Assembly: GCF_009914755.1 (NCBI RefSeq)
Contig: NC_060948.1
Origin: the human T2T-CHM13v2.0 reference genome, Homo sapiens
Strand: one strand, 5' to 3'
Length of the DNA stretch: 64,000 bases
Within the stretch, counting starts at the first letter, position 1; each line of letters begins with the position of its first letter. The notes under the pieces are model-generated. The model was not told the origin of the DNA. It made no database searches and saw nothing but the letters and a program-made list of their open reading frames with translations. This document shows, one piece after another, positions 26,901-41,200 of the stretch. Made by a program: the position numbers and the translations under genes.

Positions 26901-29900
26901 AGGGAATGAAATTGAATCAACAGGAATGGAAGGGAATAGAATAGACGGTAATGGAATGGACTCGAATAGAATGGACACGAATGCTCAAATTAAATGGACT
27001 CGAATGGAATGGAAACGAAAGGAATGTCATCGAATGGAATTGAATCGATTGGAATGAAATCGCATAGAATGGAGTGGAATCAAATGGAATTGAATCGAAA
27101 GGAAAGGAAGCGAATGGACTGAAATGAAATGGAATGGAATTGAATGGAAAGTAATGCAATGGAATAGAATGGAACGAAATTTCACGGAATGGAATCAAAC
27201 TGAATGGAATCAAATCAATGGAATCAAATCAAATGGAATGGAAAGGAATTGAATGGAGTAGATGGGATTGGATGGGATTGGAATGAAATGTACTGGAAAG
27301 GACTCGAATTTCATGAAACGGAATGGAATGAATTGGAACGGAATGGACTCGAATGGAATGGAATGTCATGGGATGGCATCAAATGGAATGGCATCAAATG
27401 GAATGGAATCGAATGCAATGGAATGCTATGGAATGGAATGGAATGCATTGGAATGGAAAGTCCTCTAATGGAATGGATTCGAGTGGAATGGAATTGAATA
27501 TAATGGAGTCGAATGAAATGGAATTGAAAGGAATGGGATCGAATACAATGGAATATACTGGAATGTAACGTAATAAACTCGAATGTAATTGACTGGAAAG
27601 GAATGTACATGAATGGAATGTAATCGAATGGAAAGTAATCCAATGGAATAGAATCTAATGCAATAAAATCGACTCAGATAGAGTAGAATGTAATGGAATG
27701 GAGTGCAGTGCAATGGAATGGAATGGAATGGAATGCAATGGAATGGAATGGAATGGAATGGAATGGAATGGAATGGAATGGGATGGAATGGTATGGAATG
27801 GATAGTAATGGACTGGAGTGAAATGGACTGGAAAGGAATGGACTCAAATTGAAAGGGCTCGAAAGGAATGGAGTCAAATGGAATGGTCTGGAATGGAATG
27901 AACACGAATGTAATGCAACCCAATAGAATGGAATCGAATGGCATGGAATATAAAGAAATGGAATCGAAGAGAATGGAAACAAATGGAATGGAATTGAATG
28001 GAATGGAATTGAATGGAATGGGAACGAATGGAGTGAAATTGTATGCAGTAGAAGAGAATAGAATGGAATGCAAGCGAAAGGAAAGGAATGGATTGGAATG
28101 GAATGGAATTCATTGGAATGGAAGGGAATGTAGTGTAATGGACAGGCCTGGAATAAAGTGGAATGCTACGGTCTCGAATGGAATAAAAATGTATGGAATG
28201 GAATGCAATGAAACGGAATCGAATGTCATAGAATGTAATGGAATGCAAAAAAATGGAATCCAAAATCATTGACTGGAAAGGCTGGGTGTCGAAAGGAATT
28301 GACTCCAATGGAATGGAATCGAATGGAATGGAAGTGAATAGAATCGAACTAAATCGAATGGAATGGAATTGATAGGAACGGAATGGAAAGGAATGCAATG
28401 ATTTGGCATGGAATGGAATCGAATGGCATCGAATGGAATGGAATGGAATGCAATGGAATGGAATGTATTAGAATGTAATGAACTTTAATGGAATGTACTC
28501 GAATGGATTCGACTGGAACGGAATGTTCTGGAAGTGAATGGACTCCAATGGAATGGATTCAAAAGGAATGGAATCGTACGGAATGGAATCTAATGGAATG
28601 GAATTAAATGGAAATGAATCAAATTGAATAGCACGGAATTGAATTGAATGGAATGGAATGCAATGGAATCTAATGAAACGGAAAGGAAAGGAATGGAATG
28701 GAATGGAATGGGCTGGAATGGAAAGGAATCGAAACGAATGGAATGGAATCGAACTGAAGAGACTGGAATGGAATGCACTGGAATGGAAGGGAGTGTAATG
28801 GAAGGTTCTCGAAAAAAATGGAATCGAATGGAATGGAATTGAATGGAACGGAATAGAGTCGAATGGAATTGAATGGAATGGAATGGACTAGAGTGAAATG
28901 GAATCGAACCACAAGGAATGGACAGGAATAGAATGGTCTCGAATTGAATGGAATCGTATGGAATGGCATCAAACGGAATGGAATGGACAGCCACGGAATG
29001 GAATGCACTCGAATGCAATGGAGTCGAAACAAATGGACTGGAATAGAATGGACTCGACTGGTACGGACTCCAATGGAATGGAATCGAATGGAAGGGAATC
29101 GAACGGAAGGGAATCGAACGGAATGGACTCGAAGGGAAAAGACTGCAATGGAAAGGTCTCGAATGGAATGGAAATTAATGGAATGGAATGGAATCGAATG
29201 AAATGGAGTCAAAAGGAATGGAATCGAATGGCAAGAAATCGAATGTAATGGAATCGCCAGGAATTGATGTGAACGGAACGGAATGGAATGGAATCCAAAG
29301 GAATGGAATAGAATGGAATGGAATCGAATGGAAAGGACTCGAATGGAAATCACTCGAATAGAATGCAATTTAATAAAATAGGATCAAATGTAATGGAATG
29401 GAATGGAAAGGAATCGAAACGAAAGGAATGGAGACAGATGGAATGGAATGGAACAGAGAGCAATGGTATAGAATGGAATGGAATCATCTGGAATGGAATT
29501 GAATGGAATGGAATAATATGAAATGGAATGGAATGGAATGGAATGGAATGCCCTTGAATTAAATGGACTGGAATGGAATGGACTCAAACAGAGTGGAATG
29601 GAAAGTGTGGAGATAGAATGGAATGAACTCCTTTGGAATGGTGTAGTATGCAATGCAATCGACTGGCAGGGAATCAAAAGGAATGTAATCGAATGGATTG
29701 GACTGGAATGCAATGGACTCGAATAGATTGGAAACGGAATGCAAAGGAATGGAATGGAATAGTATGGAATGCAATGGAAGGGAATGGAGTGGAATAGACT
29801 AGAGTGGAATGGAATGGACTGGAAAGCAATGGACTGAAATGGAACTTTCCTGAATGGACTGGAATCAAACGGAATGGAATGCAATGCAATCAAATGGCAT

Positions 29901-32226
29901 GGAATAAAATAGAATGAAAGAGAATCAAATGGAATTGAATCGAATGGAATCGAATGGATTGGAAAGGAATAGAATGGAATGGAATGGAATTGACTCAAAT
30001 GGAATGGACTAGAATGGAATGGATTCGAATGGAAAGCAAAGGAATGGAATCTATTGGAATGGACTGTAATGGAATGGAATGGAAGGGATTGGAATGGACT
30101 CGAATGGAATGGACTGCAATAGAAAGGATTCGAATGGAATGAAAAAGAATTGAATGGAATAGAACAGAATGGAATCAAATCGAATGAAATGGAATGGAAT
30201 AGAAAGGAATGGAATGAAATGGAATGGAAAGGATTCGAATGGAATGCAATCGAATGGAATGGAATCGAACGGAATGGAATAAAATGGAAGAAAACTGGCA
30301 AGAAATGGAATCGAAATGAATGGAGTGTTATGGAACGGACTCAAAAGGAATTGAATGTAATAGAATGGAGTGGAGTGGACTCGAATATAATGGACTGGAA
30401 TGGAATGAAATCACATGGAATGGGAACGAATGGAATGGAATGGAAAGGAATGGAATCGAATGGAAAGGAATCGAATGGAAGGGAATGAAATTGAATCAAC
30501 AGGAATGGAAGGGAATAGAATAGACGGTAATGGAATGGACTCGAATAGAATGGACACGAATGCTCAAATTAAATGGACTCGAATGGAATGGAAACGAAAG
30601 GAATGTCATCGAATGGAATTGAATCGATTGGAATGAAATCGCATAGAATGGAGTGGAATCAAATGGAATTGAATCGAAAGGAAAGGAAGCGAATGGACTG
30701 AAATGAAATGGAATGGAATTGAATGGAAAGTAATGCAATGGAATAGAATGGAACGAAATTTCACGGAATGGAATCAAACTGAATGGAATCAAATCAATGG
30801 AATCAAATCAAATGGAATGGAAAGGAATTGAATGGAGTAGATGGGATTGGATGGGATTGGAATGAAATGTACTGGAAAGGACTCGAATTTCATGAAACGG
30901 AATGGAATGAATTGGAACGGAATGGACTCGAATGGAATGGAATGTCATGGAATGGCATCAAATGGAATGGCATCAAATGGAATGGAATCGAATGCAATGG
31001 AATGCTATGGAATGGAATGGAATGCATTGGAATGGAAAGTCCTCTAATGGAATGGATTCGAGTGGAATGGAATTGAATATAATGGAGTCGAATGAAATGG
31101 AATTGAAAGGAATGGGATCGAATACAATGGAATATACTGGAATGTAACGTAATGAACTCGAATGTAATTGACTGGAAAGGAATGTACATGAATGGAATGT
31201 AATCGAATGGAAAGTAATCCAATGGAATAGAATCTAATGCAATAAAATCGACTCAGATAGAGTAGAATGTAATGGAATGGAGTGCAGTGCAATGGAATGG
31301 AATGGAATGGAATGCAATGGAATGGAATGGAATGGAATGGAATGGAATGGAATGGAATGGGATGGAATGGTATGGAATGGATAGTAATGGACTGGAGTGA
31401 AATGGACTGGAAAGGAATGGACTCAAATTGAAAGGGCTCGAAAGGAATGGAGTCAAATGGAATGGTCTGGAATGGAATGAACACGAATGTAATGCAACCC
31501 AATAGAATGGAATCGAATGGCATGGAATATAAAGAAATGGAATCGAAGAGAATGGAAACAAATGGAATGGAATTGAATGGAATGGAATTGAATGGAATGG
31601 GAACGAATGGAGTGAAATTGTATGCAGTAGAAGAGAATAGAATGGAATGCAAGCGAAAGGAAAGGAATGGATTGGAATGGAATGGAATTCATTGGAATGG
31701 AAGGGAATGTAGTGTAATGGACAGGCCTGGAATAAAGTGGAATGCTACGGTCTCGAATGGAATAAAAATGTATGGAATGGAATGCAATGAAACGGAATCG
31801 AATGTCATAGAATGTAATGGAATGCAAAAAAATGGAATCCAAAATCATTGACTGGAAAGGCTGGGTGTCGAAAGGAATTGACTCCAATGGAATGGAATCG
31901 AATGGAATGGAAGTGAATAGAATCGAACTAAATCGAATGGAATGGAATTGATAGGAACGGAATGGAAAGGAATGCAATGATTTGGCATGGAATGGAATCG
32001 AATGGCATCGAATGGAATGGAATGGAATGCAATGGAATGGAATGTATTAGAATGTAATGAACTTTAATGGAATGTACTCGAATGGATTCGACTGGAACGG
32101 AATGTTCTGGAAGTGAATGGACTCCAATGGAATGGATTCAAAAGGAATGGAATCGTACGGAATGGAATCTAATGGAATGGAATTAAATGGAAATGAATCA
32201 AATTGAATAGCACGGAATTGAATTGA
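17911..32226 (+). repeat. Units U6-U9, subfamily II, each exactly 3579 bp
   Basis: Anchors 17911, 21490, 25069, 28648, 32227 are 3579 bp apart. They carry the 15-bp duplication GGAAGGGAATCGAAC and alleles GTGTGGAG, CTCAAACAGAG, GTAGATGGGA, GCAACCCAAT. Confidence 0.9.
18353..18382 (+). repeat. 15-bp tandem duplication GGAAGGGAATCGAAC, marker of subfamily II
   Basis: Present in U6-U13, U15, U17-U19; absent in U1-U5, U14, U16. Also visible as ESNGRESNGR in the ORF track. Confidence 0.9.
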
Positions 32227-35200
32227 ATGGAATGGAATGCAATGGAATCTAATGAAACGGAAAGGAAAGGAATGGAATGGAATGGAATGGGCTGGAATGG
32301 AAAGGAATCGAAACGAATGGAATGGAATCGAACTGAAGAGACTGGAATGGAATGCACTGGAATGGAAGGGAGTGTAATGGAAGGTTCTCGAAAAAAATGG
32401 AATCGAATGGAATGGAATTGAATGGAACGGAATAGAGTCGAATGGAATTGAATGGAATGGAATGGACTAGAGTGAAATGGAATCGAACCACAAGGAATGG
32501 ACAGGAATAGAATGGTCTCGAATTGAATGGAATCGTATGGAATGGCATCAAACGGAATGGAATGGACAGCCACGGAATGGAATGCACTCGAATGCAATGG
32601 AGTCGAAACAAATGGACTGGAATAGAATGGACTCGACTGGTACGGACTCCAATGGAATGGAATCGAATGGAAGGGAATCGAACGGAAGGGAATCGAACGG
32701 AATGGACTCGAAGGGAAAAGACTGCAATGGAAAGGTCTCGAATGGAATGGAAATTAATGGAATGGAATGGAATCGAATGAAATGGAGTCAAAAGGAATGG
32801 AATCGAATGGCAAGAAATCGAATGTAATGGAATCGCCAGGAATTGATGTGAACGGAACGGAATGGAATGGAATCCAAAGGAATGGAATAGAATGGAATGG
32901 AATCGAATGGAAAGGACTCGAATGGAAATCACTCGAATAGAATGCAATTTAATAAAATAGGATCAAATGTAATGGAATGGAATGGAAAGGAATCGAAACG
33001 AAAGGAATGGAGACAGATGGAATGGAATGGAACAGAGAGCAATGGTATAGAATGGAATGGAATCATCTGGAATGGAATTGAATGGAATGGAATAATATGA
33101 AATGGAATGGAATGGAATGGAATGGAATGCCCTTGAATTAAATGGACTGGAATGGAATGGACTCAAACAGAGTGGAATGGAAAGTGTGGAGATAGAATGG
33201 AATGAACTCCTTTGGAATGGTGTAGTATGCAATGCAATCGACTGGCAGGGAATCAAAAGGAATGTAATCGAATGGATTGGACTGGAATGCAATGGACTCG
33301 AATAGATTGGAAACGGAATGCAAAGGAATGGAATGGAATAGTATGGAATGCAATGGAAGGGAATGGAGTGGAATAGACTAGAGTGGAATGGAATGGACTG
33401 GAAAGCAATGGACTGAAATGGAACTTTCTTGGATGGACTGGAATCAAACGGAATGGAATGCAATGCAATCAAATGGCATGGAATAAAATAGAATGAAAGA
33501 GAATCAAATGGAATTGAATCGAATGGAATCGAATGGATTGGAAATGAATAGAATGGAATGGAATGGAATTGACTCAAATGGAATGGACTAGAATGGAATG
33601 GATTCGAATGGAAGGCAAAGGAATGGAATCTATTGGAATGGACTGTAATGGAATGGAATGGAAGGGATTGGAATGGACTCGAATGGAATGGACTGCAATA
33701 GAAAGGATTCGAATGGAATGAAAAAGAATTGAATGGAATAGAACAGAATGGAATCAAATCGAATGAAATGGAATGGAATAGAAAGGAATGGAATGAAATG
33801 GAATGGAAAGGATTCGAATGGAATGCAATCGAATGGAATGGAATCGAACGGAATGGAATAAAATGGAAGAAAACTGGCAAGAAATGGAATCGAAATGAAT
33901 GGAGTGTTATGGAACGGACTCAAAAGGAATTGAATGTAATAGAATGGAGTGGAGTGGACTCGAATATAATGGACTGGAATGGAATGAAATCACATGGAAT
34001 GGGAACGAATGGAATGGAATGGAAAGGAATGGAATCGAATGGAAAGGAATCGAATGGAAGGGAATGAAATTGAATCAACACGAATGGAAGGGAATAGAAT
34101 AGACTGTAATGGAATGGACTCGAATAGAATGGACACGAATGCTCAAATTAAATGGACTCGAATGGAATGGAAACGAAAGGAATGTCATCGAATGGAATTG
34201 AATCGATTGGAATGACATCGCATAGAATGGAGTGGAATCAAATGGAATTGAATCGAAAGGAAAGGAAGCGAATGGACTGAAATGAAATGGAATGGAATTG
34301 AATGGAAAGTAATGCAATGGAATAGAATGGAACGAAATTTCACGGAATGGAATCAAACTGAATGGAATCAAATCAATGGAATCAAATCAAATGGAATGGA
34401 AAGGAATTGAATGGAGTAGATGGGATTGGATGGGATTGGAATGAAATGTACTGGAAAGGACTCGAATTTCATGAAACGGAATGGAATGAATTGGAACGGA
34501 ATGGACTCGAATGGAATGGAATGTCATGGGATGGCATCAAATGTAATGGCATCAAATGGAATGGAATCGAATGCAGTGGAATGCTATGGAATGGAATGGA
34601 ATGCATTGGAATGGAATGTCCTCTAATGGAATGGATTCGAGTGGAATGGAATTGAATATAATGGAGTCGAATGAAATGGAATTGAAAGGAATGGGATCGA
34701 ATACAATGGAATATACTGGAATGTAACGTAATGAACTCGAATGTAATTGACTGGAATGGAATGTACATGAATGGAATGTAATCGAATGGAAAGTAATCCA
34801 ATGGAATAGAATCTAATGCAATAAAATCGACTCAGATAGAGTAGAATGTAATGGAATGGAGTGCAGTGCAATGGAATGGAATGGAATGGAATGCAATGGA
34901 ATGGAATGGAATGGAATGGGATGGAATGGTATGGAATGGATAGTAATGGACTGGAGTGAAATGGACTGGAAAGGAATGGACTCAAATTGAAAGGGCACGA
35001 AAGGAATGGAGTCAAATGGAATGGTCTGGAATGGAATGAACACGAATGTAATGCAACCCAATAGAATGGAATCGAATGGCATGGAATATAAAGAAATGGA
35101 ATCGAAGAGAATGGAAACAAATGGAATGGAATTGAATGGAATGGGAACGAATGGAGTGAAATTGTATGCAGTAGAAGTGAATAGAATGGAATGCAAGCGA

Positions 35201-38200
35201 AAGGAAAGGAATGGATTGGAATGGAATGGAATTCATTGGAATGGAAGGGAATGTAGTGTAATGGACAGGCCTGGAATAAAGTGGAATGCTACGGTCTCGA
35301 ATGGAATAAAAATGTATGGAATGGAATGCAATGAAACGGAATCGAATGTCATAGAATGTAATGGAATGCAAAAAAATGGAATCCAAAATCATTGACTGGA
35401 AAGGCTGGGTGTCGAAAGGAATTGACTCCAATGGAATGGAATCGAATGGAATGGAAGTGAATAGAATCGAACTAAATCGAATGGAATGGAATTGATAGGA
35501 ACGGAATGGAAAGGAATGCAATGATTTGGCATGGAATGGAATCGAATGGCATCGAATGGAATGGAATGGAATGCAATGGAATGGAATGTATTAGAATGTA
35601 ATGAACTTTAATGGAATGTACTCGAATGGATTCGACTGGAATGGAATGTTCTGGAAGTGAATGGACTCCAATGGAATGGATTCAAAAGGAATGGAATCGT
35701 ACGGAATGGAATCTAATGGAATGGAATTAAATGGAAATGAATCAAATTGAATAGCACGGAATTGAATTGAATGGAATGGAATGCAATGGAATCTAATGAA
35801 ACGGAAAGGAAAGGAATGGAATGGAATGGAATGGGCTGGAATGGAAAGGAATCGAAACGAATGGAATGGAATCGAACTGAAGAGACTGGAATGGAATGCA
35901 CTGGAATGGAAGGGAGTGTAATGGAAGGTTGTCGAAAAAAATGGAATCGAATGGAATGGAATTGAATGGAACGGAATAGAGTCGAATGGAATTGAATGGA
36001 ATGGAATGGACTAGAGTGAAATGGAATCGAACCACAAGGAATGGACAGGAATAGAATGGTCTCGAATTGAATGGAATCGTATGGAATGGCATCAAACGGA
36101 ATGGAATGGACAGCCACGGAATGGAATGCACTCGAATGCAATGGAGTCGAAACTAACGGACTGGAATAGAATGGACTCGACTGGTACGGACTCCAATGGA
36201 ATGGAATCGAATGGAAGGGAATCGAACGGAAGGGAATCGAACGGAATGGACTCGAAGGGAAAAGACTGCAATGGAAAGGTCTCGAATGGAATGGAAATTA
36301 ATGGAATGGAATGGAATCGAATGAAATGGAGTCAAAAGGAATGGAATCGAATGGCAAGAAATCTAATGTAATGGAATCGCCAGGAATTGATGTGAACGGA
36401 ACGGAATGGAATGGAATCCAAAGGAATGGAATAGAATGGAATGGAATCGAATGGAAAGGACTCCAATGGAAATCACTCGAATAGAATGCAATTTAATAAA
36501 ATAGGATCAAATGTAATGGAATGGAATGGAAAGGAATCGAAACGAAAGGAATGGAGACAGATGGAATGGAATGGAACAGAGAGCAATGGTATAGAATGGA
36601 ATGGAATCATCTGGAATGGAATTGAATGGAATGGAATAATATGAAATGGAATGGAATGGAATGGAATGGAATGCCCTTGAATTAAATGGACTGGAATGGA
36701 ATGGACTCAAACAGAGTGGAATGGAAAGTGTGGAGATAGAATGGAATGAACTCCTTTGGAATGGTGTAGTATGCAATGCAATCGACTGGCAGGGAATCAA
36801 AAGGAATGTAATCGAATGGATTGGACTGGAATGCAATGGACTCGAATAGATTGGAAACGGAATGCAAAGGAATGGAATGGAATAGTATGGAATGCAATGG
36901 AAGGGAATGGAGTGGAATAGACTAGAGTGGAATGGAATGGACTGGAAAGCAATGGACTGGAATGGAACTTTCTTGGATGGACTGGAACCAAACGGAATGG
37001 AATGCAATGCAATCAAATGGCATGGAATAAAATAGAATGAAAGAGAATCAAATGGAATTGAATCGAATGGAATCGAATGGATTGGAAAGGAATAGAATGG
37101 AATGGAATGGAATTGACTCAAATGGAATGGACTAGAATGGAATGGATTCGAATGGAAGGCAAAGGAATGGAATCTATTGGAATGGACTGTAATGGAATGG
37201 AATGGAAGGGATTGGAATGGACTCGAATGGAATGGACTGCAATAGAAAGGATTCGAATGGAATGAAAAAGAATTGAATGGAATAGAACAGAATGGAATCA
37301 AATCGAATGAAATGGAATGGAATAGAAAGGAATGGAATGAAATGGAATGGAAAGGATTCGAATGGAATGCAATCGAATGGAATGGAATCGAACGGAATGG
37401 AATAAAATGGAAGAAAACTGGCAAGAAATGGAATAGAAATGAATGGAGTGTTATGGAACGGACTCAAAAGGAATTGAATGTAATAGAATGGAGTGGAGTG
37501 GACTCGAATATAATGGACTGGAATGGAATGAAATCACATGGAATGGGAACGAATGGAATGGAATGGAAAGGAATGGAATCGAATGGAAAGGAATCGAATG
37601 GAAGGGAATGAAATTGAATCAACAGGAATGGAAGGGAATAGAATAGACTGTAATGGAATGGACTCGAATAGAATGGACACGAATGCTCAAATTAAATGGA
37701 CTCGAATGGAATGGAAACGAAAGGAATGTCATCGAATGGAATTGAATCGATTGGAATGACATCGCATAGAATGGAGTGGAATCAAATGGAATTGAATCGA
37801 AAGGAAAGGAAGCGAATGGACTGAAATGAAATGGAATGGAATTGAATGGAAAGTAATGCAATGGAATAGAATGGAACGAAATTTCACGGAATGGAATCAA
37901 ACTGAATGGAATCAAATCAATGGAATCAAATCAAATGGAATGGAAAGGAATTGAATGGAGTAGATGGGATTGGATGGGATTGGAATGAAATGTACTGGAA
38001 AGGACTCGAATTTCATGAAACGGGATGGAATGAATTGGAACGGAATGGACTCGAATGGAATGGAATGTCATGGGATGGCATCAAATGTAATGGCATCAAA
38101 TGGAATGGAATCGAATGCAGTGGAATGCTATGGAATGGAATGGAATGCATTGGAATGGAATGTCCTCTAATGGAATGGATTCGAGTGGAATGGAATTGAA

Positions 38201-41200
38201 TATAATGGAGTCGAATGAAATGGAATTGAAAGGAATGGGATCGAATACAATGGAATATACTGGAATGTAACGTAATGAACTCGAATGTAATTGACTGGAA
38301 TGGAATGTACATGAATGGAATGTAATCGAATGGAAAGTAATCCAATGGAATAGAATCTAATGCAATAAAATCGACTCAGATAGAGTAGAATGTAATGGAA
38401 TGGAGTGCAGTGCAATGGAATGGAATGGAATTTAATGCAATGGAATGGAATGGAATGGAATGGGATGGAATGGTATGGAATGGATAGTAATGGACTGGAG
38501 TGAAATGGACTGGAAAGGAATGGACTCAAATTGAAAGGGCACGAAAGGAATGGAGTCAAATGGAATGGTCTGGAATGGAATGAACACGAATGTAATGCAA
38601 CCCAATAGAATGGAATCGAATGGCATGGAATATAAAGAAATGGAATCGAAGAGAATGGAAACAAATGGAATGGAATTGAATGGAATGGGAACGAATGGAG
38701 TGAAATTGTATGCAGTAGAAGTGAATAGAATGGAATGCAAGCGAAAGGAAAGGAATGGATTGGAATGGAATGGAATTCATTGGAATGGAAGGGAATGTAG
38801 TGTAATGGACAGGCCTGGAATAAAGTGGAATGCTACGGTCTCGAATGGAATAAAAATGTATGGAATGGAATGCAATGAAACGGAATCGAATGTCATAGAA
38901 TGTAATGGAATGCAAAAAAATGGAATCCAAAATCATTGACTGGAAAGGCTGGGTGTCGAAAGGAATTGACTCCAATGGAATGGAATCGAATGGAATGGAA
39001 GTGAATAGAATCGAACTAAATCGAATGGAATGGAATTGATAGGAACGGAATGGAAAGGAATGCAATGATTTGGCATGGAATGGAATCGAATGGCATCGAA
39101 TGGAATGGAATGGAATGCAATGGAATGGAATGTATTAGAATGGAATGAACTTTAATGGAATGTACTCGAATGGATTCGACTGGAATGGAATGTTCTGGAA
39201 GTGAATGGACTCCAATGGAATGGATTCAAAAGGAATGGAATCGTACGGAATGGAATCTAATGGAATGGAATTAAATGGAAATGAATCAAATTGAATAGCA
39301 CGGAATTGAATTGAATGGAATGGAATGCAATGGAATCTAATGAAACGGAAAGGAAAGGAATGGAATGGAATGGAATGGGCTGGAATGGAAAGGAATCGAA
39401 ACGAATGGAATGGAATCGAACTGAAGAGACTGGAATGGAATGCACTGGAATGGAAGGGAGTGTAATGGAAGGTTCTCGAAAAAAATGGAATCGAATGGAA
39501 TGGAATTGAATGGAACGGAATAGAGTCGAATGGAATTGAATGGAATGGAATGGACTAGAGTGAAATGGAATCGAACCACAAGGAATGGACAGGAATAGAA
39601 TGGTCTCGAATTGAATGGAATCGTATGGAATGGCATCAAACGGAATGGAATGGACAGCCACGGAATGGAATGCACTCGAATGCAATGAAGTCGAAACTAA
39701 CGGACTGGAATAGAATGGACTCGACTGGTACGGACTCCAATGGAATGGAATCGAATGGAAGGGAATCGAACGGAAGGGAATCGAACGGAATGGACTCGAA
39801 GGGAAAAGACTGCAATGGAAAGGTCTCGAATGGAATGGAAATTAATGAAATGGAATGGAATCGAATGAAATGGAGTCAAAAGGAATGGAATCGAATGGCA
39901 AGAAATCGAATGTAATGGAATCGCAAGGAATTGATGTGAACGGAACGGAATGGAATGGAATCCAAAGGAATGGAATAGAATGGAATGGAATCGAATGGAA
40001 AGGACTCGAATGGAAATCACTCGAATAGAATGCAATTTAATAAAATAGGATCAAATGTAATGGAATGGAATGGAAAGGAATCGAAACGAAAGGAATGGAG
40101 ACAGATGGAATGGAATGGAACAGAGAGCAATGGTATAGAATGGAATGGAATCATCTGGAATGGAATTGAATGGAATGGAATAATATGAAATGGAATGGAA
40201 TGGAATGGAATGGAATGCCCTTGAATTAAATGGACTGGAATGGAATGGACTCAAACAGAGTGGAATGGAAAGTGTGGAGGTAGAATGGAATGAACTCCTT
40301 TGGAATGGACTAGTAGGCAATGCAATCGACTGGCAGGGAATCAAAAGGAATGTAATCGAATGGATTGGACTGGAATGCAATGGACTCGAATAGATTGGAA
40401 ACGGAATGCAAAGAATGGAATGGAATAGTATGGAATGGAATGGAAAGGAATGGAGTGGAATAGACTAGAGTGGAATGGAATGGACTGGAAAGCAATGGAC
40501 TGGAATGGAACTTTCTTGAATGGACTGGAATCAAACGGAATGGAATGCAATGCAATCAAATGGCATGGAATAAAATAGAATGAAAGAGAATCAAATGGAA
40601 TTGAATCGAATGGAATCGAATGGATTGGAAAGGAATAGAATGGAATGGAATGGAATTGACTCAAATGGAATGGACTAGAATGGAATGGATTCGAATGGAA
40701 GGCAAAGGAATGGAATCTATTGGAATGGACTGTAATGGAATGGAATGGAAGGGATTGGAATGGACTCGAATGGAATGGACTGCAATAGAAAGGATTCGAA
40801 TGGAATGAAAAAGAATTGAATGGAATAGAACAGAATGGAATCAAATCGAATGAAATGGAATGGAATAGAAAGGAATGGAATGAAATGGAATGGAAAGGAT
40901 TCGAATGGAATGCAATCGAATGGAATGGAATCGAACGGAATGGAATAAAATGGAAGAAAACTGGCAAGAAATGGAATCGAAATGAATGGAGTGTTATGGA
41001 ACGGACTCAAAAGGAATTGAATGTAATAGAATGGAGTGGAGTGGACTCGAATATAATGGACTGGAATGGAATGAAATCACATGGAATGGGAACGAATGGA
41101 ATGGAATGGAAAGGAATGGAATCGAATGGAAAGGAATCGAATGGAAGGGAATGAAATTGAATCAACAGGAATGGAAGGGAATAGAATAGACGGTAATGGA

